DNA of 64,000 nt from Mobula hypostoma. Lineage: Eukaryota. Shown here piece by piece: positions 43,080 to 56,747 of the stretch. The notes under the pieces were generated by a model. The model worked only from the letters and a program-made list of their open reading frames with translations, ran no database searches and was not told where the DNA came from. The DNA lies in NCBI RefSeq assembly GCF_963921235.1, contig NC_086108.1:33296001-33360000 (forward strand), written 5' to 3'. The position numbers and the translations under genes are program-made. How positions within the stretch are numbered: the first letter of the stretch is position 1; each line of letters begins with the position of its first letter.

Positions 43080-44000
43080 AACACCTCCACCTTGCCGATA
43101 CTCAACATTGGTGCACTCCAAGGACGTGTCCTTAGCCCACTGCTCTAACCTCTCTACATCCACGACTGTGTGGCTAGGCACAGCTCAAATGCCATCTATA
43201 TATTTGTTGATGACACAATTATTGTTGGCAAAATTTCAGATGGTGATGAGAAGGTGTACAGGAGTGAGATAGATCAGCTAGTTGAGGGGTGTTGCACTAA
43301 TAACCTTGCACTCAACATCAGAAAGACCAAAGAACTGATTGTGGTCTTCAGAAAAGGCAAGACGAGGGAACTCACACTAGTCCTCAGAGGGACCAGAAGT
43401 GGAAAGAAAGCAATTTCAAGTTTCTGGGTGTCAGCATCTGAGGATCTAATCCTGGGCCCAACATATCAATGCAGTTTCAAAGGCAGCACAAGAGTGGTTA
43501 CATTTTATTAGAAGTTTGAGGGGATTTGGTATCTCACCAAAGACACTCACAAATTTCTACAGATGTACCATGGAGAGCATTCTAACTGGCTGCATCAACG
43601 TCTTGAGTGTGAGTGTGAGTGTGAGGCAGAGGATTCTTAGAAGCTGCAGAAAGTTGTGAACGCAGTCAGCTCCATCACAGGCACTAGCCTCCTTATCATC
43701 CAAACATCTTACTGAATGCTGCCTCAAAAAGACAGCACCCATTAAGGGCTCCCATTACCCAGGACATGCCCCCTTCTCATTGCTACCCTCAGGCAGGAGT
43801 AACAGGTGCCAGAAGGCACACACTCAGTGATTCAGGAACAGCTTCTTCCCCTCTGCCATCCAATTTCTAAGTTGATATTGAACCCATGAACACCACCTCG
43901 CTACTTTTTAAAAATATATACACACACAATAATTCAGTTATATATTGCAATGTACTGCTGCCAATTAACAAATTTCACGTCATATGAAACCTAATTCTGA
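43080..44000 (+). mobile_element. Rex1/Babar-clade LINE, degraded RT and 3' end
   Basis: ARHSSNAIYIFVDDTIIVGKISDGDE...NNLALNIRKTKELIVVFRK. Confidence 0.85.
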
Positions 44001-44899
44001 CCCTCCTCCAACCCAAACTACACCCTCTGCTCACCTCTCACTGTCACACCTTGCCAATCCCAAAACGTATCCATTTGTTCTAACTTCCTGCTTATTTTCT
44101 GTTAACCAATTCTGTATTGCTGCATACATATCTAATCCCACCGAGTCTTCCACAACCTCTTGTAAAACTTCTTTCTCCGTGCCTTACGAAAATCCGAAAT
44201 ACACCATTAAAAACGAGTTCCACCTTATTCGCCCGGTGGCACAACCTGCAAGAATACAAGGACAAATAGGAGAGCGATCTGATGTATTGCAGTCCCGATG
44301 TAGGGTCTCGGCCCGCAAGGTGACCTCCTTAGATGCTGCCTGACCTGCTGAGTTCCTTTAGTATCTTGTGGGTTACTTTGAATTTCGAGCATCTGCAAAA
44401 CCCTTTGTGTTTCTGATGTATATAACGCTCGGCAGTTACATTACAACAAGAGGGTGCCGCAGTACCCCAGTGTCAGACAACGGCTGGGGCTGTTTAAATG
44501 TTAATAACAGCTACACAAATTGTTCTGCTGCCACAAGAGGAGCCAGTTTGTATGTTCTGGAATAATGCATCATTATTATCCCAGGGCGACTGACTGACTA
44601 CCCGGGAGTTACAACTCCATATTGCGTGCACCAGGAATAGACAACCACCTGAGATTTATCAAGTAAAAGCATTATTTTCCGATTACCATCAAACTCACCA
44701 ATTAATTTTAAACAGAAGTCTGACGATTACCAATTGGGATCACAGACATTTATAAATTTTTTTCGCACTAACCAATATTTCCATTCAGTTTCACCCACTC
44801 TGACCTCTCCCCTTATCCCAAAAGATTCTGCCCTCTATTTGAAACAATGAAAGCTGATCATTAGTTATTAATACCCTTTTTCCCTCACAGTGAAAGAAA

Positions 44900-45370
44900 A
44901 GGATGTACCTAATATCCGTCCTTCGCCTTGACTTTGCTGGATCGTATACACGCACCAGCCGGCCCAGGGGAAAGTCACGATTATAAACCAGGGCGGGCCG
45001 GCTACGGCACACTGCGGAGAAACAGTCCGAAAAAGTGGAGCGAGGAGCACTTAAACGCAGGAACACGGATTTTTGTTTGAGTTACATTCTCAGGGAGGGG
45101 ACAGGTCGACAGCTCTCTTTACAGATTTTTTTTTCAGTTGGATTGCGGTTCACTTTCTCGAACACTTATATTTAGCGAGGTTATTTCAGATAATGCGAGC
45201 CTGGCTTCGTAGCAAAACAGATCACAGATCCAGTATTGAAAATCCACCCTGCAATTTAGTAAGTTTTGAGAGTCTCGCGTGCATTTCGCATTGTTCCCCT
45301 TCAATATCTCTTTAAAATCCTGCCTTGGTTTGATTAAGTGGGGAAATTTAGGGCGGGGTACGGAAGCTGA
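44900..45370 (-). promoter_or_regulatory. Candidate MGST3 promoter and non-coding exon 1
   Basis: Locally CpG-rich non-repeat segment. GC boxes (GGGCGG) at 44991 and 45351, TTATAA at 44981-44986, and a minus-strand donor AG|GTACAT (exon end 44909). No transcript evidence is available. Confidence 0.5.
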
Positions 45371-45464
45371 AAATATTTTATATCCAAATATCACTTTTTG
45401 TTTCTTCACCCCACAACCACCCACCTTCAGCCTTGGGGTGTTGGAACCTCACCAATCTCCCATC

Positions 45465-45631
45465 AACAGACACAAAATGCCGCCGGAACTCGGCGGGCTT
45501 CTCAGGGTCTCGGTCCGAAATGTCGACTGTGGTCTTTTTCTGTAGATATCGTCTGGCCTGCTGAATTCCTCCAGCATTTTGATGTGTGTTGCTTGGATTT
45601 CCAGCATCCGCAGATTTTCTCTTGGTTTGTT
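45465..45631. mobile_element. Short fold-back Penelope-derived element
   Basis: 10-bp TSD ATCTCCCATC (45455-45464, 45632-45641); partial hammerhead AGGGTCTCGGTCCGAAATGTCGACT. Confidence 0.8.
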
Positions 45632-46059
45632 ATCTCCCATCGCCACCTTGTCTGAAAATTATTTTTTGCTGCTTTGCATTTGTGAAGGCGGTAGTTGAGA
45701 TGTTCGGTCAATTGGCTACTATAAATTATCCTTAAGTGTAGAATAATAACAGAAATGGGAGTTGCTGGGCATATGTGAAAGACAATGAGTTAGGGATACA
45801 AGAGAGGAGAATGGAATTACTCTCCAAGAAAAAGAAAAGGCCTGATATGTCGTTAATAAGTACAGATAACGCGTTTCAGCATCAGATACCTTCAGAGATA
45901 GCACGGACATTCGCAAAGTAAAGCACTACAGTATTACAAAATATCAAACCACTTTTAGACTTCTCCTTGCAATGTCGCTGTGATACTTTATTACAAAAGG
46001 CATTCTATTGTTTCTGAGTAAAACAGTGTTTAAACTGGACAAGTGTGAGGATGTAAAAT

Positions 46060-46660
46060 GCAACAGCGAATAGCAGGGCCATTATAAGCATTCATATACA
46101 GAGGGATCTTGGGATTCAAATTCATACCCACACAAATAGTAGGGTGATAAAGAAGGTATATGTCATACTCGCCTTCATTGTTTGGACGTTGTGTATAAAT
46201 GTTGGGAAGTCATGCTGCATCAGTAAAACTTCAGACAGGTCACATTTGGAGTATTGCATGCAGTTTTAGTCATTACACTACAGGAAGGATGTGGAGGCTT
46301 TGAAGAGGTTCACCAGGAAGTTGCCTGAGTTGGAATGCATTAACTATAAGGACAAATTTAGATTGATTTAGAGCATCAGAAAGTGTGGGGCAACCAGAAA
46401 GACATATATAAAATTATAAGAGGCATAAATAGGGTAGGTAAATTCTTTTTCCCGGAAATGCCAAATCGGAAGAATGTAAGGGGAGGAAAGTTTAGATGAG
46501 ATTTATAAGGCAAGAAGTGGATACAATAGCAATGTTTAAAAAATATTTAGACAGACACATGAACATGAACCAGAAGGGAAAAGAGGGACACAGACCATGT
46601 GCAGAAAAATGGGATTAGTTAAGACTGACATCATGGTAGGAACAGACATGGTGGGCAAAG
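46060..46660 (+). mobile_element. Degraded CR1 LINE 3' fragment
   Basis: GTCACATTTGGAGTATTGCATGCAGTTTTAGTCATTACACTACAGGAAGGATGTGGAGG is homologous to the 16140-17530 CR1. Confidence 0.75.
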
Positions 46661-49299
46661 TTAGAAAAAACAAATTTTTTGTCCCTGTTCATTCTCAGTT
46701 AGTTCATGAATGGAGGTGCGTCCATCATAAAATCTGAGATTGATTTTAAGATTATACTTGTTTTACTAGTTTAAGGGTGGGTCTGACTGAACGCAGTGTG
46801 CTTCCACTTAAAAAAAAACCCTCTCTTATTAATGGATTATGAAAACTTCTTTTTAAAGCACCTTGAAAGAGATGGGATGTTAGGTACACAATATTAACAA
46901 AAGCAAGTTTTCCATTTGAGTCTTAGATACCTCTTCATACAACAATGATAAAAAAAATAAAATCCTATCAAGTAAGAGCATCTGTAAGGAAATATTAGTG
47001 CTTTTAGTGCCTACATTTCTGGTAACTGCGATATATTCATTAATCAAAGTTCTGGTGGTCAGACTATTGAACCTCTAATACTGACATTTTTAATGTAAAA
47101 GGAAAATAAAACGTTCAGATTAAATATTAATAATTTTACCTTTTCACTGCTAATTTATAAATGATGTCCTTGTTTTTATTCAAAGTTCAAAGTAATTCTA
47201 ATATCAAAGTACATATATGTCACCATATACAACCCTGAGATTCATTTTCTTGCAGGCATACTCAATAATTCTCCTGAAACTATAACAGAATCAATGAACA
47301 GGACATAATGGATTTTTAAGAGACAACTCCATTTTAGCTTTAAAGACTACCTCGGTCTTCCTAGTAGTGTTCCTTCAACTTCAGAATGATTTACTTCTAA
47401 CCACTCCCAAGTTTACTTTTCTGTTACACATTCAAGATATAAATGTCTTACCATGTGCTTTAACAATGATTCACCAGTCTATGTGGTAGGAACGAAAGAC
47501 CTTTAAGCTGCACGGAATAAATTAAAAATAAATGCCCACAGTTTCAGTATAGTATCCATGCACACTGAGCATTGAAATTGATAAAGTCAGGACAAAATTC
47601 TCTTACAGTTTAGCAACCACGGAATTGCTTGTAATAGTATTCTGGTTTGACAAGTTTGCAGCAGTTTCCCTGCCGTTATCTGCAATAAATAGCCAATACA
47701 TCCAAAGGTTGGCATCTATAGAATGTAACATTGGAGTTTGAAATGATATTTGGTACTGATGCAAGATTCTTTTACGAGATTTACAGTGACTCCCTCCTTA
47801 ACTGCCTCTGGATCTAATTGATAAATTTCAAACTTTTTTCTTGTTCTCAGTTGTGTGCATGTGGTGGGAGGGAGAGTTCTGGGTGTAAAAAGGGATATTT
47901 GGGTGCCTCTTCCCTTAAAAAATATCAGCCCAAGAAAAAGTATACGTAACGTGAATAAATACATTGACTGTTTGATGTCATGTTGGTGTCATGGCCAAGA
48001 AAGTTCACCTACACCTCTACTTCCTCAGGAGACTAAAGAAATTCCATATGTCCCCATTGACTTTCACCAAATTTTTATGATGTATTCCATCTGGATACAT
48101 AATGGCTTGGACTAGCAACAACTCTGCATGTGAAAAAAAAACTGCAGAGAGTTGTGGACACAGCTTAGTGTATCAAGGAAACCAACTTCCCCTTCATAGA
48201 CTCTGTCTTTATATGTCTCAGTAATGCAGCCAGCTGAAAACCCTGAGGATCCTGGGCATTCTCTCTCTTCCCTTCTCCCATGGGGCAGAAGATACAAAAG
48301 CCTGAAAACACATACCAGCCTGGAAGGGCTGGTTAAAGAGGAGCGACTCAGCCTGTTGTAAGGCAAGGGGGGCTGCAGAAACTCTAAAGAATGGTTGAAA
48401 TTGCATGTTACCATTGAGGGGAAATGCACAAGAGTCATGAGTCAAAAGAAAGTTTGTATGCAGTTGCAGAGAGAGAAAGAGTAACTTCAGATGAATTCAA
48501 ACAGAATAAGAATTATACATTGGAGCATCTGGAGACCAGGACAGAAGTGAAGCTTCTAGGAAATTTGACAGGGAAAGGATAAAGACAGAGTGTTTTGTCT
48601 CTCATGCTTCTCACACTTATTTTTACCTTTTCTAAATTAGATGCTGGAATGTCCTCCTACCATGTGCAGGACTTGAACTTTGAATGCTCCATTCACAGTG
48701 GCATGAGAAGTGAGCAGGTTGTAAGTTGTTCCAGGTACTCCAGTGATCCTGTAGGCTCTTGTAGTTACTAGTCCACCTGACTTAACAACATAAACTTATG
48801 GGAGTAAATGTTCTGGCAGAATCAAATTCTTGCTGCACAAGGTACAACTTCTATGTCCTTAATACCAGTGTCTGGAAATATTTTGGTGAAATACTTGGAC
48901 TGGTACCCAGTGCCCACATTGGTAAAATCAATTATAATTTTTTAGGTTTGATTGGTTGAAGAATTTTACAGCTATTAATAGCTGGAGATAATATAAATAT
49001 ATATCCAGTATGTTTTGTTAGGTTCGTAAGAACAGAGAAAAAGCAGGAATAAGCATATCAGCCCCTTGTATCAGCTCAGCCTTCAGAAGATCTTGGTCAT
49101 CTTATGTTGAGTTAATTTATTTGAATTTATTTTATGTTTGTAATGTACTGTGCTGCTGCTGCTCTGAATATGCTAATTACATTTATGCCCTATGTATTTA
49201 TGCCTATAACATGAATAAACTTGAACTTGATTCATTATCTCAGCATCAGATTACCTTAATATCTGTGAGTCTATTGATTGCTACCTCAACAACACTACC

Positions 49300-50060
49300 T
49301 TTGCTGGCAGAATCTCAAATGGCGACAAGGAGGCGTACAGCAGTGACATAAATTGGCTGGTTGAGTGGTGTCACAACAGCAAACTTGCACTCAATGTCTG
49401 TAAGACCAAGGAATTTATTTTGGATTTCAGGAAGGAGAAGTCGGAAGAACACACACCAGTCATCACTGAGGGATCGGCGGTGGAAAGGGTGAGCAGTTTC
49501 AAGTTCCCATGTGTGAAACTATCAGAGAATCTATTCTGGGCCGAACATATTGATGCAATCACAAAGAAGGCATGCCAGCAGCTATATTCATTAGGAGTTT
49601 GAGGAGATTTGGCATGTCTTTAAAGGCTCTAGAAAATTTCTATAGATGTACCACTGATGCCTGACCGGTTGCACCATTGCCTGGTACCGAGGCTCCAATG
49701 CACAGGGTCAAAAGAAGCTACAGATTGTTGCAGACTCAGCCAGCTGAATCCTGGGCACATGTCTCCACCATTGACAACATCTTCAAATGATAGTGCCTCA
49801 AGAAGGCATCGTCCATCGTTAAGGATCCTCACCATTCAGAGAGTGCCCTCTTCTCATTACTACCATCAGGGAGAGAATACAGGAGTTTGAAACCACACAC
49901 TCAACAGCTTCTTCCCCTCCCCTATCAGATTTTTGAAAGGTCCTCTTTTGTTTTATTCCTTTTTGTAATTGATAGTAACTTTGAGTCTTGCACAGTACTG
50001 CTGCCACAAAACAACAAATTTCATGACATACATCTATGATAATAAACATGATTCTGATTC
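49300..50060 (+). mobile_element. Rex1/Babar-clade LINE fragment (further 3' fragments at about 48110-48330 and 55680-56212)
   Basis: DFRKEKSEEHTPVITEGSAVERVSSFKFPCV...HIDAITKKACQQLY; GATTCT tail. Confidence 0.82.
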
Positions 50061-51115
50061 CAAATGCAACTGAGCATCTGTTGCCCACTTGGCCAGAAGA
50101 TTACAAAGAGTCATGACCTTTCCGTGAAGAAATTTCTAACAACCTTGCTATCATTTCTTTAATAACTGAATCTAACATTTTCCATATTGTTGATGTCAGG
50201 CCAATTATTGGTCATTATTTTCTTTCACTCTCCCGTCATAAGTGGAAGGATTATATTTACTATCTTCTAATATATGAGAACTGTTCCAGGATCTTTGTGA
50301 TTTTGGAAGCTAATAACCGAATAACCAATGCATCCACTATGTCCACTTTGCCTTTTATTCATGTTTTGGGCTAATGGCATCTCTGACAAGGGAGGCACTT
50401 ATTGTCCACCCCCAAATGCTCGAGGAGCCAATGGCGTGATGCACTTTTCTTCCACAACACTTTCAGGTCAGGAATTCCAGGATATGAAGCCAGAAATGAT
50501 AAAGGAAGAGCAATTCATTTTCTAGTCAGGATAATGTGCAGCTTGGAGAAGACTCTGCAGACGGTGGCATTCCCATGTGCCTGCTGCCTTTGTCCTTCTT
50601 GTCTGTAGAGGTTGTGGATTTGAGGGGAGCTGCCAGGTTAGCCTGGGTGATATGGCATTTCATTTAGAGGTCCGTACACACTGCCGCCGCTATGTACCGG
50701 TCCTGGAAAGAATGAATATTTAAGGATAGGGTGCTAGTCAAACAGGATTTGTCCTGGATGCTGTCCTGCTTCTAAGTGCAGGATATACAATCATGCTCCT
50801 GAGTTGTGCACTGAAAGACACAACTCAGAAGTGAGGCACTCATCATCAAATAAGAATTCGCTACCTGCAGGAATGGGATTCCATTCTTTTAATTGTTCAG
50901 TTGTTGCTTAAAAGATGAATATTGTCAGTCTTTAACAATTCTTATGCTTCTAAAATTTCTTAAACAACTCAATCACAGAGTGGTTATGGCTGTGATGTTT
51001 TCTCACAGAGTCAACAGTGGAGTGGTGCAAATTGTTTAACAGTTATGTAATTGTTTGGAATCTGTGAAATCTCTCTTCCCTAACACAGTTTGTCAGCCAG
51101 CTTATGGACTAATAA

Positions 51116-52795
51116 GCAACACACATCAAAGTTGCTGGTGAACGCAGCAGGCCAGGCAGCATCTCTAGGAAGAGATACAGTCAATGTTTCGGGCCAAGAC
51201 CCTTTGTCAGGACTAACTGAAGGAAGAGCTAGTAAGAGATTTGAAAGTGGGAGGGGGGGGAGATCCAAAATGATAGGAGAAGACAGGAGGGGGAGGGATG
51301 GAGCCAAGAGCTGGACAGGTGATTGGCAAAGGGGATATGAGAGGATCATGGGACAGGAGGCCCAGGGGAGAAGGAAAAGGGGGAGGGGGGGAACCCAGAG
51401 GATGGGCAAGGGGTATAGTCAGAGAGATAGAGGGAGAAAAAGGAGAGAGAGAGAAAGAATGTGTGTATATAAATAAATAACGGATGGGGTATGAGGGGGA
51501 GTTGGGGCATTAGCAGAAGTTAAAGAAGTCAATGTTCATGCCATCAGGTTGGAGGCTACCCAGACGGAATATAAGGTGTTGTTCCTCCAACCTGAGTGTG
51601 GCTTCATCTTTACAGTAGAGGAGGCCATGAATAGACATGTCAGAATGGGAATGGGATGTGGAATTAAAATGTGTGGCCACTGGAAGATCCTGCTTTCTCT
51701 GGCGCACAGAGCGTAGGTGTTCAGCAAAACGATCTCCCAGACTGCGTCGGGTCTCGCCAATATATAGAAGGCCGCATCGGGAGCACCGGATGCAGCATAT
51801 CACCCCAGCCAACTCACAGGTGAAGTGTCGCCTCACCTGGAAGGACTGTCTGGGTCCCTGAATGGAGGTAAGGGAGGAAGTGTAAGGGCATGTGTAGCAC
51901 TTGTTCCACTTACAAGGATAAGTGCCAGGAGGGAGATCAGTGGGGAGGGATGGGGGGGATGAATGGACAAGGGAGTCGCGTAGGGAGCGATCCTTGTGGA
52001 AAGCGGGGTGGGGGAGGGAAAGATGTGCTTAGTGGTGGGATCCTGTTGGAGGTGGCGGAAGTTACGGAGAATAATACAGTATGTTGGACCCGGAGGCTGG
52101 TGGGGTGGTAGGTGAGGACCAGGGGAACCCTATTCCTAGTGGGGTGATGGGAGGATGGAGTGAGAGCAGATGTGCGTGAAATGAGGGAGATGCATTTGAG
52201 AGCAGAGTTGATGGTGGAGGAAGGAAAGCCCCTTTCTTTAAAAACTGGCCTCCTGTACTGTGAAGATGAAGCCAACCTCAGGTTGGAGGAACAACACCTT
52301 ATATTCCGTCTGGGTAGCCTCCAACCTGATGGCATGAACATTGACTTCTCTGACTTCCACTAATGCCCCACCTCCCCCTCGTACCCCATCTGTTATTTAT
52401 TTATATGCACACATTCTTTCTCTCTCTCTCCTTTTTCTCCCTCTGTCCCTCTGACTATACCCCTTGCCCATCCTCTGGGTTTTTTTCTCCCCCTCCCCCT
52501 TTTCCTTCTCCCTAGGCCTCCTGTCCCATGATCCTCTCATATCCCTTTTGCTTATCACCTGTCCAGCTCTTGGCTCCATCCCTCCCCCTCCTGTCTTCTC
52601 CTATCATTTTGGATCTCCCCTCCCCCTCCCACTTTCAAATCTCTTACTACTCTTCCTTCAGTTAGTCCGGACGAAGGGTCTCGGCCCGAAACGTCGACTG
52701 TACCTCTTCCTAGAGATGCTGCCTGGCCTGCTGCGTTCACCAGCAACTTTGATGTGTGTTGCTTGAATTTCCAGCATCTGCAGAATTCCTCGTGT
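51116..52795. mobile_element. Well-preserved Penelope-like element with about 510-bp inverted arms. The GIY-YIG domain is on - (51510-51836) and its C-terminus is repeated on + (52244-52363)
   Basis: ORF 51510-51836: FTCELAGVICCIRCSRCGLLYIGETRRSLGDRFAEHLRSV...VATHFNSTSHSHSDM...RLEEQHLIFRLGSLQPDGMNIDF. 14-bp TSD TTATGGACTA(A/G)TAA (51102-51115, 52796-52809). Hammerheads at 51179-51214 (-) and 52664-52699 (+). Confidence 0.92.
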
Positions 52796-55700
52796 TTATG
52801 GACTAGTAACTTATTTTTGGCAGATGATTGGCCAATAAAGGAGAAAACTTAAAATCAGGGTGGTGAAGAGAAGTGAGGCTTTCTTTTGAATGTAAGGGGC
52901 GTCTTTGTCAAAAAACACAGTAACAAACTCAGCAAATATGGATCAACATATGTTGTGGACCAGGGCTGTAGAAGGAGGATAGAAAATCTAACAAGTGGTG
53001 ATGGAAACTTGCATGATGTTGAGACATTAATTTTGAAGACTGTTCATGTTTTGTGAATAGAGATATTTTTGAAACCATAAACAGCTTAGTGCTGTGAATT
53101 TCTTAGGGACATGCTAAGATTATGGTATATACCATCTAAATATAAGCTTTTGTTATGTGTTTGAACACTTAAATGTGTAGAAACATACCATCGTAGTGTT
53201 GCATAGCAGTAGTGAGGCAATTTTTAAAATAGACTGAGGACAGGTTGATTCATTCTCTTTGCAACTTTGTTTTCGACTGGCAGATCAGATGTAAAAATTG
53301 TCTTTATTCAAGTTAAACAGAGTAAGGGTACAGTGTTTCTCTCTTTATCCTAAGTCATTATATATCCTGTTAGTTCTAAGAGTGCTTAATTTTAACAAGA
53401 GTCTTTGGGCTATTTGGGCTGTTTTGCGATATCAAGTCACCTTATTTTTTAGTCTGAAGGTATGACGAATATCACATAGAAGCCCGGGGTGGGGTGTTTG
53501 TTTTTGCCAAGCTCAGCTTTCTAACACAACAGCTAATACTTCCAGGGATCAAGGAGTTGTTATTGAGTAAATTAAACTTACAACCATTCTTTGGTCAGCT
53601 TCTTGTCATAAACAAGAACCTGTCTTCAGTTCTTAATGTAAATTGCTGGTAATAAAAAGTCTGACAGCTTTGCAAGCAAACATCACTGTCTATGCAACCT
53701 GAAGGTGGCTGCTCAAGAGATGCAGTTTTGTTAATTGGGCCCACATCAAACCAGACAACACTGCCGAAGTTATTTGGTTCAAGGAAGTTTGCAGACCAGA
53801 CTGATACTATCACCTAGCACATCAAATAGTGGATCTATCGACGCTTGGGAGATTTGCATCCTCAGAGAGTCAGATTTCATAGCATTAATTTTAGGTGTCT
53901 GGGATCTCTTTTCCCTAAAGCTTTTAGACCATCTGTGTGAAATGGTATATTAGAAAAAGCATATGCATATGAAATCACAAAGTAGCAAATTATAGTATAA
54001 ACGTAAGAGAGCAGTCATGGTTGTTAGGAATGGTCAAGGAACAAGAAGAATGACAGAAAGATGGGGGTGACTAGAATCTACTCCACTGCCTTCAATTTCT
54101 GTGATGGATGACTTGTTCATCTGCAACTTGTTGGTATATCTTTTTAGCATAGGAATTGTGCCTAAGTTTTGGAAATGCTGTATGTTTTAGACTTTGTAAT
54201 TTGGAAATTGTTTATAAGATAGAAAATCTCTTTGTTTTAAACGTGCGCTAAGAATTTAAAATGTGCTTTAAGAATTTTATCTAAATTTAAACATGTATCA
54301 CTAAAATAAATAAACTATATTTAAAGTATTTTGTTGGATGGGAGTATCTCCTCCTCGGTGGTGGGAGTGGGGGTGGGGAAGGTTGCCTTCTTCTCAAACA
54401 GTGGGCATCGGCAGCTAAACTTGCTACATATACTGGGCCTTTAGAAAGCTTAGTTCTCAACAAATTTATCAAAAACAAAATGTCCAAACACTCTGAAAAT
54501 CATTCCATTATTCAGTGCATAAAAATGAGGAAAAAACGCTTGTTTGGCACATTGCACAAATGCCACCTTTATGAATCATGGAAAGTGTGCCTTTTAGAAA
54601 ACAAGAAAAACAATGTCACAAATAATAGTATAACATTTCACAAAAAACATACTCAACCATTTTTGAGATCTATATGGAAATGGCTGGTGGCTTGCTTTCC
54701 AATTCTTGTCTTCATGTGGGACCTTGGGCATTAAGAACAATACTTACTGTATGCATTTGAGTAACAACTTTCACAATAACAATGTGCGAGTTCAGTACTT
54801 TGCATGGCGTTCTTGAGCTCTCTGAGAGTTAAGTGTTTTTTTTTTAAATTCTGCGCAGAACTGCTGGCATTTACAGCGAACTCTAGCACAACCTGCTTTT
54901 CAATAATATCAGGCAGCCAGCATTGCCCAGAAAACTGACAAGAATTCTCCTATTTATGTGTCAGATGGTTCCCAATCCTGTCCCTTACTCTAATGCATGG
55001 GGTTGATACGAGGCCTCATCTAAAGAAAAGGCTGCAAGTTTCCCTTCAAATTTTTATCTAATTGTTTTTTGATATTTACGATTAAATCTGCTTACACTTT
55101 ATCAAACACTAAATTGAAGGACTGGAAATTGCTGCATGATAGTGATCATCCATGGCTTGCTTATGGTCCTATTGCCTGTTGATTTAAAACCTTTCTACTT
55201 CCCACTACATCTCTGCTTATCGCCTTCCAGCCTCTGAACCTACCGCTAACCACAACTCTTCCCTCCCACCCTAACCCACCTCCACCTGCTTCTTTCTTTC
55301 TTTCTCTCTCTCTCTGGGCCTGTGCAGAAGTTGCTTGACCCAGTAAGCTCCTTCGGAGGTTTGCTCCAGATTATAGCATCTGTAGACTGCCTACCTTAAA
55401 TCTGTGCCCTTTGGTTATTGAACATCTTGTCAGCAATTACAATTTCTCCTTATTTACTCTTCAAAATCCTTCAAGAAGTTGGAGTACCTGCCTCATTTAT
55501 TGATTACTACTTGCAAAATCCTGGCGATTGCAAATGGCTGTAAAGCATACCTACATTGAAATCACCTCTACACTTCTAAAGCAGCTTCAATCATTTGTTT
55601 CTTTTCTCCAGTGAAATCAGGGGTCTGAAGAGGTGTGAACCAAAGATTTTGGTTGGTTGCCAGATCACAGCTAGTAATCCTACAAAAGGTAGTGGATTAA

Positions 55701-56747
55701 GTCCAGTACATCACGAGTTAAGCTCTCCCATCCGTTGAGCACATCTACATGAAACGCTGTTTGAAACACTACATGAAAAGCAGCATCCATCTTCAGAGAT
55801 CCCCACCACCCAGGCTCTGCTCTTTTCTTGCTGGTGCGATCAGGTAAAAGGTACAAGAGCATCAGGACTCGCACCACCAGGTTCAAAAACAGTTACTACC
55901 CCTCAACCATTAGGCTGTTGAACAGAAGGGGATAACTATGCTCACTTGCCAATCCATTATGATGTTCCTGCAAACAATGATCTCACTTTAAGGACTCTTT
56001 ATCTCATTATCGTATGTTCTCATTATTTATTGCTATTTATTTATATTTGCATTTGCACAATTTGTCGTCTTCTGCCTTCTGGTTGATCTTTCATTGATCC
56101 TGTTATAGTTCCTATTCTATAGATTTGCTGAATATGCCCGCAAGAAAATGAATTTTAGGGTTGTATATGGTGACATATATGTACTCTGATAATAACATTT
56201 ACTTTGAACTTTAATAATACAGCAGGAATTGCTGGGAGCAAGTAAACCTTTTAGTACAATTGTCAGCATTCATTCTTAAACTATTCAACTAGTCACTATG
56301 TGACTAAGCTGCAAAGAATGCTGCTTTGTAGGTCTACATCACAGCATCACTTGTGTCAGGAAATAAGACTGTTGGCCAGAAAGAGCTACAGTCTACAAAT
56401 CAGTGAATTCAAATGAAGCGAGAACAGTGGAAACAGACAGACCAATTACCTTTGTTCTGGCCATGAGGGAGGAGATGGAGACTGATGAGAGGAGAACTGG
56501 ATGAATTATATATGTAGAGGATGAAGATGGCCAGGAAAGGTAAATTATAACTTTAAAGTTACCCAACCCCATGAGTGCATAGGCAGCAGAAGTGGTTAGC
56601 CACCCCGAACATTTCCTACCCAGATCAGTCATACATGCTGATAATATGTACATTTGTAATGGCCCAACAGAACATTTGCCTCTTTGGGAAGAAAGAGGGT
56701 TTGTTTCAGCTGATGGAAAGCTTTTCCAATCTGCTGTCCGGTTTGAA

